Positions 24,801 to 36,800 of a stretch of DNA of 64,000 nt are shown piece by piece; position 1 is the stretch's first letter, and each line of letters begins with the position of its first letter. The translations under genes were made by a program, and so were the position numbers. This DNA comes from Malacoraja senta (taxonomy: Eukaryota). A model generated the notes under the pieces. The model worked only from the letters and a program-made list of their open reading frames with translations. It ran no database searches and was not told where the DNA came from. Location: assembly GCA_038087875.1 (NCBI GenBank), contig CM075992.1, positions 436,001 to 500,000 of the forward strand, in the 5' to 3' direction.

Positions 24801-27800
24801 TTTTGATTTTGTCTAAACCTTTACTAGGTGCTACTGGTGGATCACCTGAGCATGAGGATCCTGTCTTCCTGCTGCAAGATGTCAGACATAATGGCAGAAG
24901 GAATAACCAGTAAGTAGAGCAGAGCTACAATACAACAATTGACCTGACTTCATAACTAAGATGTAGTTGAAGAGCAGGCCGTTGAAGTGCAGTGCATAAT
25001 CTTGTCAATTGAAAAAGGAACTTTTACAATCATCACTCTTTGCCTGAACGACATCCCACTGAGAACGATGGAGGTATTTCCGGCAACAAATTTGTATTTA
25101 ACTTGGCAAATGCTCATTTTAGATATGAATTCATTTTACCTCTAAAATTAACACTGAACATGGAACAGTATAGCACTGGAACAAGCCCTTTGACCCATCA
25201 TATCCATGCTCAAAATGATGGCAGGTTAATCCCCTCTGCCTGCTTGCGATCCAAACCCTCCATTCCCTGTATATTCATGTGCCTATCTAAAGCCTCTTAA
25301 ATGCCAACATCGTATCTGTGCCCACCACTATTCCTGGCAATGCATTCCTGGCATCCCTGTGTGTGTGTAAATAAAAAAAAAACTGGTTGCACATCTCCTT
25401 TTGAAATTTGCCCCTCTCACCTTAAAGCTGTGCCCTCTTGTTATTGACATTTCCACCCTGTGGGAACATGATTGTGACTGTCTACCATATCTATGCCAAA
25501 AAGCAGTTTTATATACTGTTATCAGGTCTCCCTCCGCATCCAACACCAGAGAGAGCAATCTTGAATTTATTCAGCAGTTACCATTAATCCATAAACCATC
25601 ATTACAAACATCTCATTTATTTGTTGTTAATTTGATTCCTAGTTTTCCATCTTATGCAAAATTGCCATGGTTATCCCTGCAGGAAACAAACTTATTGAAC
25701 CTTTGCTTCTGGCTATAATGTAATAAAGTAAATTGAGTCATAATGTAAAAGTCAAACCAGGCTGTTTACATACTTCAGTGTTGCACAAAACCACATTTTA
25801 AAGAGGAGCAGATTGATGGAAGTATTTATACTGTTCACAACAATTTTAAATTTAGGATCCTGCAGGAGTGTCAATTTTTTTTCCAAGTTACAATTAATGT
25901 TGATATTTTCCCTCAATTATTTTCATAAATGTGTGCATTTGTTAAAGTTGATGCATGATTTCTGCCAGGATAAGCCAATTAGTACTCCTTTATTTATACT
26001 GCTGTGAAATATTAACATCACAATTCATTTCTAATCAGCAAACATTTGCTCCTGAGCTATTATGTAATAAAAGACATTGCTAACAATAATATGGAAGATA
26101 GACGCAAAAAGCTGGAGTAACTCAGCGGGACAGGCAGCATCTCTGGAGAGAAGGAATGGGTGACACTAGGGGGTCAAGACCCTTCTTCAGACTTCCTTCT
26201 TGCACATTTCATCTGCTCCACTAACAATAATATAGAATGTATTTAGCATTTTAGTAGTCTCCTGCACAGAAGTTGGAGCATGTCGTGATTGTTAGAATAT
26301 TACTTCATTTAATCCCTTTTTTTATTCCAGTTGTTGAAGATATCAATAAACGGAGGGAACCAATTCCAAGTTTGGAAGCTATTTACTTGATCACGCCATC
26401 AGAAAAGGCATGTGCTGAGTGCAGGCTGCAAGTATAAACACTCAGTATTACCACACAGACCATTGTGGTTATTCCAGTGTGGTCTGTGTACAATAGAGCT
26501 CTGCAATATATATGCTCTTATATTTGCCTAAGAAAGAACCTCCACTCCCTAGAACAAAAGTCACAGTGCTCCTTGAGAGGGCATTCAATAGGTTTGATTT
26601 GTACAGTAATTACGTATTTAAATCCAGGAAATTCTGTTTGTATTGGATAGAGAAATCCACTGCAACACATAGCTGCTGATAAGTGCGTACGTGCAGTAGT
26701 CACTTGAGCTTGTTATCTTTAACGCGGGTAAGTTAGTGCTCAAAGCACTTCAAGCATGTTGAACTCCTAACCAGTCTAAGTAGCTGACAAAGTTATAAAG
26801 TGCGCCGGCTCCTCCCTTGTTCTCCCCCCCCCTCCCCAGCGGTTCCCCCACGCCGGATCCCCATTGTCCAATTTTTCACCCCCCTCCCTCCCCATTGTCC
26901 CTTGTTCTTTGCCCTCCCTCACGCGCCCGGGTCCTCCATGCTCTTCCCCTTTTCCCCCCTGTATACCTGCATACACACACACACGCACACATGTACACAC
27001 AGAAATTCTGTGGTGCAGATGGTTCATTTTGCAACATCCTGGCCAGTTCTGACACGCGTAGCTGGGAAAATGATTATGAGCATTGAGTGCTGAGGGCTGA
27101 ATGAGAGATGAGGTGCTGTTCCACCAACCGACACTGGGTTTCATTGGAACGCTGTGGGAAATCAAAAGTCGACGGCGGCGTGGGAATGGTTTGGAGAATT
27201 AAAGTGGCAAGTGATTAGGGTTTCTTCTCTGACAAAGAGAGAAGACACATCGCGAGCACCGAATGCTGCTCTGTAGATTGGGTGAGATACAAATGAATTG
27301 CTGCTCCACCAGAGGGAATGATGAAGGTGTTCAGCCTGAAACTTTACCTCTTTCTCTTTCAACATTCACTTCCTCACCTGAGAGTGTCTCCAGCAATTTC
27401 CCCTTTTTTCAGATTTTCAGAATCTGAAGTATAATTGTTTAATTTTCAAAATAAATTTTGATTTTGCTAATTTTTTTTAGATTATGTAATTTTTTTTTTT
27501 AAATGATATTGCCACAGAGTTCCAGATGAATTGTTTTTGTGTGAAAATTATTATTGGAGGGGGGGGGATAGACAATCGTCAAGTAGAACTATCTGCGACA
27601 CCCTCATGAATGACCAGATATCCAATTTGAAACTTGATTTAGATTTTTCTTTTGTCTTCTTAGTTTAGTTTAGAGATACAGTGCGGAAACAGGCCCTTCA
27701 GCCCACTGAGTCCGCACCGACCAGCGATCCCCCACACATTAACACTATCCTACACACACTAGGGACAATTTACACTTATACCAAGCCAATTAACCGACAA

Positions 27801-30800
27801 ACCTGTACATCTTTGGAATGTGGGAGGAAATGAAAGATCTCGGAGAAATGCCTCGCGATCACGGGGAGATCATACAAACTCCATACAGACAGCACCTATA
27901 GTCGGGAATGAACCTGGGTCTCCAGCGCTGTAAGGCAGCAACTCTACCGTTGCGCATCTGTGCCACTCTTCAGGTGCCTCATTTCCCCCCCACATTTAAA
28001 TGCAATTTCTTGTTGTAAATCAGTTGTTCAACTTTAGGTTAAGTCTGAAAGACAGGTTGGGCAGGGATTAGCAAATTCATTTTTCTGCCTGGTCGTTGCT
28101 GGATGTGGGGCACTTGAATGCCAAAAGCCATTTACATTATTAGATTTACTAAGCAATATAATCAGCTTAAACATGTTTGTGATGCTAAATTATTCTTGGG
28201 GCATTAAGGGTGGTGAATTCTTCTCTACACAAGATGTGAAATAATTATCTGGTGAAGAATAGGCAAGATTAAATATTACAATGGACATTCAAAGTACACC
28301 GAGCTGTAAGGTTTGGAGATCGGTAAGAATTTGAGAAATGCAATTTCTACTTACAGCTGAATAACAGATTGCTGTATTTGATTAGTTGGTGCCTTCACTT
28401 TGTCAATGTTTGGATCCTTCAGCTGCATTCCATGGAATATTTTCAGCAGTGGATTTATGTGGTCTGCTCACACATTTATCTATCCTGTGAAAGACACAAA
28501 ATGCTGGAGTAACTCTGCTGGCCAGGCAGTACCCTGGAGAATATGGACAGGATGTGCAACATTTCAGGTTGGGACCTTTTTTCAGACCCGACCCGAAGCG
28601 TCACCTATCCATGTTCTCCAATGATGCTGCCTGACCTCCTGAGTTACACCAGCATTTTCTATCTTTGATATAAACCAGCATATGCAGTTCCTTGTTATTT
28701 CATTATATCTATCTTACTACTTCATTGAAACTTTGATACTTGCGGGTAGAATACAATAAACAAATATCTCCCTCCAGTTAGTGGTTGGTTGGTTTATTGC
28801 CACGTGTACAAGGTATAGTGACTCCATTATATGTGAGTATCCAATATAATTTGATCTGTGTTACCCAATCTATCTGTCCACTAGTTCTTGAATGAATGCC
28901 TACAATGACAAACATTCTGTACTGTACAGCACCTATCAATGTAAGAATGTTGCCACTTTTTGTTGCTTAAATAAATTGGGTTGTACCAAATCACAGTGCA
29001 AATTGTATGCACTTTGGAGGAATTGTCCTTGAAGGCTTGGATATTTTTTTAAATTGGTTTTGTATTCTGATTATTGCAGATTAATGATTGTGAATGTAGT
29101 CAACAAAAAATATGTGCTTGTTTTGCTCGGCTTTTTGTTGCACTGTGTACAGCAATCTTGTTTTATGATCCTGATTCTTGGAGCTGATAAAACGAGTGCA
29201 GGGATTAATAGTAACCTGCTTGATAAGTTTGTTTTTCTACACTGGTATGGTCGTATTCTTTGGTGGGTCTTAGGTCTTTTGATAGAACTTAACATAAATC
29301 ACCTCCTTCTGGGTTCAATGGCTCCTTTAAAAAAAAGCTTTAAAAAAAAACCTCGGTACACATGACAACAAACTAAACTGAAACTGAGTTAGTATTGTAA
29401 AAGGAAAGACAGATTATGATAAATTTGATCTCGATGGTGTTCTGATGAAAGATGTACTTCCTGTGGATTTAGACAATAATATGGTGGATATCTTGTGCAA
29501 CTCTATATGATTAGAATGTTCAATCTTTGCAATGCCAGCCAAGTGCCTTAACTAAACTAAAGTGCCCCAATGACTCATAGCCATACTCAGTACAACATAA
29601 GCAAAGTTTGCATCTGTCTTTTTGTCCTGAGTTCTATTATTTCCTCCTTTTAGTCCGTGCGGGCCCTGATTAATGACTTCAAAGACACACCAATGTTTAT
29701 GTACAAAGCAGCTCACGTATTCTTCACTGACAGTGAGTATTAAAGTTTTCTTGATTGTGTTCCTTAAGCTCATCTGAACTAAAACCAACTTTAATTATGC
29801 ATGCGGCAATTCTCAATACTTTGTAATATTGATTCTGGAATGTGGCTACCTGTGCAAATGTTTTTAATACAATATGGTTGTCCTTTTATGTTTGGTGGCA
29901 GAAGGACATGTATTTCTCATGCTAATATGGTTTTCAGATCATTGAAACTGTATATCATCTTTGAGATAATGGAATAGTTATTACAAATGCAGTTGAGGCA
30001 GAGCCCAATATAATTTATCAAGGGATTGGAGTGTTAGAATTAAAACATGTGGAAGGCAAGGAAAAGAATATATCTCTGGAGTTGAAGTGTTTCTACTTCA
30101 GAAAACAGATGGCCTGATATTTCTAAACTTAATTAAAATGTGCTTGTTATACATTTTAATAAAGACATGCAGAAGTATTGTATTCAGTGCAGTCCTGTTT
30201 TAAGTGCTGACATTGTCCTTTTATGTAGGACCGACATAGCCCAAGTTGCTCTTTTCCAATGAGTTAATGCAAGTTCATAAGTCGTAGACAAGAGACATTT
30301 ATTGTCACATGTACCAATTGGTACAGTGAAATTTGTGGTCACCATACAGCCATACGAATAAAAAAAAGAGCACAGAACATGGTAGTCTTTAACATGGACA
30401 TCCCCACACAGTGGAATCAAAGTTTCCCACTGTGAGGGAAGGCACCAAAGGAGCAGAATTAGACCATTCGGTCCATCGAGTCTACTCCACCGTTCAGTAA
30501 TGGTTGATCTATCTTTTCCTCTCAACCCCCAATCAGGAGGGGACTGAGCAAGAGGGATAGGAAGGATCACGGTATGTGGAGATGGGTTCCGTGGACAGCA
30601 GCAGGTAGAAACAATGGCTCTGCCGGGACAATCCTGTGTGGATTTCAGAAAGGTAACAGAAGTGGGCAGGGCGGGGTATGTTTTGAGTACTGGACTTGCT
30701 GTTATTCTGTTGCATCTTTGCACCAGTAGATGTAATCTACCTGAAATATTAGGATAAGCATTAATCAGAATATTTGTTTTTGTATTTCATTGATAATTCC

Positions 30801-33800
30801 CTCTCGCAGCCTGCCCCGAGTCCCTGTTTACTGAGCTTGGAAAATCACGATGCACAAAAGTAATCAAGACTCTCAAAGAAATACATGCATCTTTTCTTCC
30901 TCTTGAATCCCAAGTGAGTAACTGCAGCAAGCATACCTGAATCGGTATTGATTTGTGTACCATTTCTGATGCTGCAGGATGTGTGGATGAAAGACAGTCA
31001 CATTCTCCACTAATGTCTCTTCATTTTGAGTTAAATTGAAATATATTTCACTCTGACAACCTGCCTTTCGTGGGGTTTTTCTGCAACAAAGTTAAAAGTG
31101 ACGCCTTGTAGTGATTAACAAATTAGCAACGTTCATTCGGACAACTGCAGCATTTAATTTTGTTTTAATGTGATTTGACTTCATAACAATATTACAGTTG
31201 TTATTTTCTTGTTTTTATCCCAATCAAATACTTTAATGTATCTGTAAATGTACAGCCAAAACGATAGCGTTCTACAGTATTTTGGTTGTGAGTAATTCAA
31301 TTTGGGGACCTATCACAAAGCAGCAGTACGGATTTCATTTCATCAGCACAAGTTTTGTTTAGTTTAGAGATGCAGCGCGGAAACAGGCCCTTGGGCCCAT
31401 TGAGTCGTCGCCGACCAGCGATCCCTGCACATTAACACTATCCTACACACTCTAGGGACAATTGTATTTGTTAATATTTTTTTAATGCAGTACTAAACTA
31501 AACTACTGAAGTGAATTATCCTGGATATACTTCAGAATATTTTTGCTTTCCATTAAAAAAAAAACTATTGCAATGTCAACAGTACAATTTCAATTTTTTA
31601 TATTTTTTGTTAAAAGATCTCCGCATTAATTCACTTGACTGATCCATGTTCTGTGTGTGTAATCTCCAAAAGGTGTACTCGCTCGATTCAATGGATTCAT
31701 TTCATCACCTCTTCAACTCTCACGCGGCAAATAGCAACAGCACCTTGCTGGAGAGTATGGCTGAACAGATAGCAACGTTGTGTGAAACTCTGAAGGAATA
31801 TCCAGCTGTGAGATATAGAAAGTAAGCATGTTCAGAAATCTCATTGCCATCGATGTTTGCTTTCTGCCAAGTCAGGTGCCATGGCCCACTATATTAAGGT
31901 ACAAAGGCCCGTGCAATTCTTTCTTCAGACTCTAATTTCGACCCGAAACGTCATCCATTCCTTCTCTTCAGAAATTCTGCCTGTACCGCTGAGTTACTCC
32001 AGCATTTTATGTCTATCTTTGGTATAAACCAGCATCTACAGTTCCTTCCAATATATATTGGCTTTTAGTTCTAATCCTGAGATTTAATAGTATTGCTCCC
32101 TCCTGGTCTACAGTTGTTAGCTTTGCTGTCAAAAGCATTTTTTCTGCTAAGCACCTGATCTCTTCAAGTGCTCCTTAAACTCAGAGTAAACAACGAGTAG
32201 GAAGGAACCACCCAAGTCACACTCTCTCTCTATCCCTCCCCCACCCAAGTCGCACCAGCTTCTCGTTTTCACCCAACAAGCAGCTAACAATAGCCTGTTT
32301 CCTTTATCATCGTTACTTTTTTGCATATCTTTCATTCATCGTTCTTATCTTTCAACATGATCGTCTATATCTCTTGTTGGCCTTTCCTGTGTCTGAAGAA
32401 GAGTCTTGACTCAGAACGTCACCCATTCCTTCTCTCCAGAGATGCTGCCTGTCCCGCTGAGTTACTCCAGCATTTTGTGTCTATCTTCAGTGTAAACCAG
32501 CATCTGCAGTTTCTTCCTACATAGAATGGGTTTAGTGCAGGATTAGGTTGATAGCATGGACCCCGTGGGCTGCTAGGCCTGTTTTCATGCTGAATGACTT
32601 TGAGACGAAAATGGTTGAAATACAGAAGTTGAGAGCATGGGTGCATCAAATGAGGAGCAATGCTTGTTTTAAAGGCTGAAAACATCATATTTAAGCTGCT
32701 TCCACTTGTTGACTGTTCACTGACCACAACTACAATTCTGCAGTGATGTTTGTATGAGTAGTGTATCACTGTTTTGATTCCTGCAGCTAAAGCATTGTGT
32801 GATGAAGCGTCCTGCAGCCTTCTCGATTTCCCCTCTTTGACAAACTATAAGGTTTGGACCTAATGTTATCCCCTCTTGCCCTCAGCCACACTGTTCTTAA
32901 AACTTGCAGCAAGCTAATTGCTTGAGTTATGATTTGTTTTTTTAATTTGTTTCTTTAGGGGCCCAGATATGAATGCAGCCCTGGCAAATCTAATTCACGA
33001 TAAACTGAATGCATACAAAGCTGATAATCCCAGCATGGGGGAAGTAAGTAATATCACTTATTTATTCCTCTGATTATCCATTCTGTCATCTTTATTTATA
33101 CTCTCTGCCTTCTCTATGACAGAGAGCCAATAGTGTTTAAAAACAGACGTGCTGTTTGGAAAGTATATTCTATGCTATTTTATGGATACTACTTGAAGCA
33201 TTTCAGTGGTCCTAATGCCTCATTACTGATATAGGCTGAGAAACAAGGTCGATAAAATAGCACCTCTCTGGGAATTCTTTATAACCTTAATAACACAGCT
33301 TGCTCAGATAACATTTGGTGCACAGTGCGTGCGGAAGCACCACTCTAAAGCTATTAGCTTACAATGTCATAACAAATCTCTGTGCTTTTGAATTCTGTTT
33401 CTAAATCGAACCTGTTGTCACATCTGCAGTTTCAGCAGATGCTTGGAGTCTGAGTTTTCCCTCGTGTTTACAATTGTAGGCCATTGCTATTTTTCAATTA
33501 CATCAAACTGTGTTTTAATGTGAACTGAACCTGCAATTACTGGAGAACTTCATCATGACCCAGGCTACTGAAACTGCAACTTCTGATGTAGTAGCATTAA
33601 ATGTTGGCTTACTCTTATTCATCGCTGTATCCAACGCCTTTTGACATTTGACATGGAATAACCGACTGGAATTGATGAAGCAATTCCTTGAAGTTATCCA
33701 GCAGAGTGATGTGTGGATGGTGGGAGTCTGAGGTCGGGGGTCATTCATCAAAGCCTACATCTTCTATTTCCCTATATACAAAATGACCACTTTAAAAGGG

Positions 33801-36800
33801 TCTCCTTGTTTCTTTCTCTTCTGCTGCCTTCTCTGTCCATTTCCCTGTGTCCAGTGAGCAAAGACCAAGGAAAGGAAAGTTGTCAAGACTGCTTGCCAAT
33901 GTGCACTATCCAGAATTGTGCGTGTTGAGGTGGTGCTGTGGCTAAGTTAGAAGATTGGGAACTTGGAGACCCAAGTTCAAAACCCACCAGAATTGTTAAT
34001 CTGGAATTGTCAGCAGGACATCGGGTCTTTGCTAATGGTGTCCACAAAACCATTGGATTGTTGTTTTTAAAAACTCAAAAGTTTGCTGTTGCCCCTTTTG
34101 GAGGAAAGCTACCTTGCTTGCCTCTTCTAGCGTGTGTGTCCTGAAATATATTGTCTTTCCACTGACTGGTTAGCACACAACAAAAGCTTTTTGCTGTACG
34201 TCGGTACACGTAACAATAAACCAAACTTCCTGTCAGAGGCAGGAACAGGATGGATAGTAATTGCCTGAATTCCCACTGATGTGTGGCAACATAGTGGCGC
34301 AGCTGGTAGAACTGTTGCTTCACAGTGCCAGAGACCCAGTTCTATCCTGACCTCTGGCATTACGTATGTGGAGTTTGCACGTTCGCCCTATGGCCGTGTG
34401 AGTTATTCACACATCCCAAAGGCTTGTGGATTTGAAGGTTGTGTAGGATAGAACTGCAGGTGCTGGTTTAAATCGAAGATAGACACAAAATGCCGGAGTA
34501 ACTCAGCGGGACAGGCAGTATCTCTGGAGAGAAGGAAACGTCAACCATTCCTTCTTGGATTTGGAGGTTAATTGGCCCCTGTAAATTGTCCTTAATGTGA
34601 ACGAGTGATTGATCGGTGTGGGCCGAAGGGCCAGCTTACATGCTGTATGAGTCAGCATGATTCAATGATGTTCATTTTCAGGATGTGAACAACTAAAATG
34701 TGTCTTGAAATATAATGATCACCCACAGATATTCAGACATGATGTTCCCTATGATTCAGGAGTCTCTCAGTACTTTGCCTGTCTAAGCAATCTAATAACA
34801 AGCAGAGTTTGCCAAAATCATAACCTGGGATACATCTCCCAACCAGTTCTTTTCTACACTGGAGTAGATGGGAGTATTTTGGGTTTATTTTGCTTTAGCT
34901 GTTGTTATCAGAAAATGTATTTTCCCAAATATTTTTTTCCATTGCCAATTTCTTAAAGTGACAATAATTTGTTTAATTGATAATCATTCTGAATTAAAAA
35001 TGTTCTCGGAGATGGGATTTAAGTATTCCATTATTTCCGTGTACCTTCTCTGTTCATTACCGATTTTAATATAGTGGGGAAATTGTCTGTAATGTAATCA
35101 AAGTAAAGGCATTAAGCTAGAACCCGACAGCAGCAGCTGGTTAGATTTGCAAGGCAGCATCAATTATCTGGATTGTTTAAAGAGCAATTAACCAACAGTA
35201 GGCTAGGCTTCTGACTGAACACCAGTCCGCTTGCAATCAGCATTTGTTTTGTTTTAAATTGATCTAAATTTCAATGTCGCCAAGATGTTAATGTATCATT
35301 GAGGTGGGGCTAAAGCTGAGCTCTATGGAAGGTCTCTGGAGTGAACCTTGTTGGGTAGGGGTCAGCGTGTATCAGCATTATGTTTCTTACTTCTTACTCT
35401 CTCAAACTCTATTCTTTCTCATTCCTTCTGGCCCACCCTTCCTTGTCCTTTCCAGTTTCCTGTGTTTTTTCTTCCAGAATGCGAACAATTACTCCATTTC
35501 AGCTAAGGGTAAATAACTGTGCTTTTATCTGTTTATTGTGTGTCTCTTTGCAGACCATGCAAAGCCAATTCTTTATAATAGCTTTCTGCATGTTGTGCTA
35601 TTATAAAATCATGGACTTCACATGCTGTAGATTTATGCTAAGCTAAATCTGTACAATTATGCCAAACTAAAACAGACTGGGGAAGGGGAACCTGTGCTAG
35701 GAGACACAAGACACTGCAAGGAAATGAAATTTGGAGATTGGAAAGTTGCAATTATCTAAATGTGCTGTGTTACTTTCCAATCTTCAAATTGTGCTACATA
35801 CATTTTGTTTTGCTACTTTATCCAGTTTGAAAGATGTTTGTGACTTGGATAAGTAATGAAAGACATCTATCTGATGGAAGGGAGGTGAGATAAAGTTAAT
35901 GTTCTTGCAAAGGCAAGATGCATTCCAATACACACTTGGTGTAGATATACGATTTGAATTACAAGCAAGAACTTACATTTAGAACCTATCACTTCCGCAG
36001 GAGCTCTAAGAATCGTTTTCCACGTTCAGAAATGCTTTGAAAGATATTTGGCCCCACAAGCCATTAAATGCTAAATCACTTGTGAACATGCAGTGGTATT
36101 GTTGGTTTAGGAATATTGTATTTGTCAAATAGTAGAAGCATTGGATCCATTGCACGAATGGAGAAAGGATGTCATGAGGTTAAAACTATTCTCTGTCGCA
36201 CAGTGAAGTAAAGTGAGACGATTTGGGGTATTTATAGATGAATTTTTGAAAAATTGCCAAGCTAACAGCTACGAACAATTGGCACAGAATAGGGTATTAG
36301 CGTTTAGGAAACCATTACAGGTGATTCCTAGGCTTTGATGAGAATGGAATGATACAGTTGTAGTCCCGTCCAGTTGGGTTGTGGGAGAATGTGACCGTGT
36401 CAAAGGTTGGGAGCGGTCAGGGAGAGCGGGGAAGGACAACTTATTGTTGTCACAGTCACATTGGTTCCCACTTCTGGTTTTGGCAAAGAGCCACATGGAT
36501 TGGGGCAAGACCTGATTTGAAGGGATTTAAATTCAAGTTCTAGTTATGAAGGATGTTGTTAAAACAAATTGACCTGCAAGAGTAGATGGGAATGAGAAAA
36601 TAAATACCATTCACATTTATAATAATTGATGACTATTCCTACTCGGTCCTAAATGCCTCCCCTCCCAACACTACCCTGGGATTAGATGAGTCTGGCTGTC
36701 AAGTTAGTGAGGTGGATTTGTAAACATAGAGTTCACTAACTCGGCTGTAATATTTACCTCCACAGATCTCCTAAATTTAGTATACAGTGTATGCCTTTTG

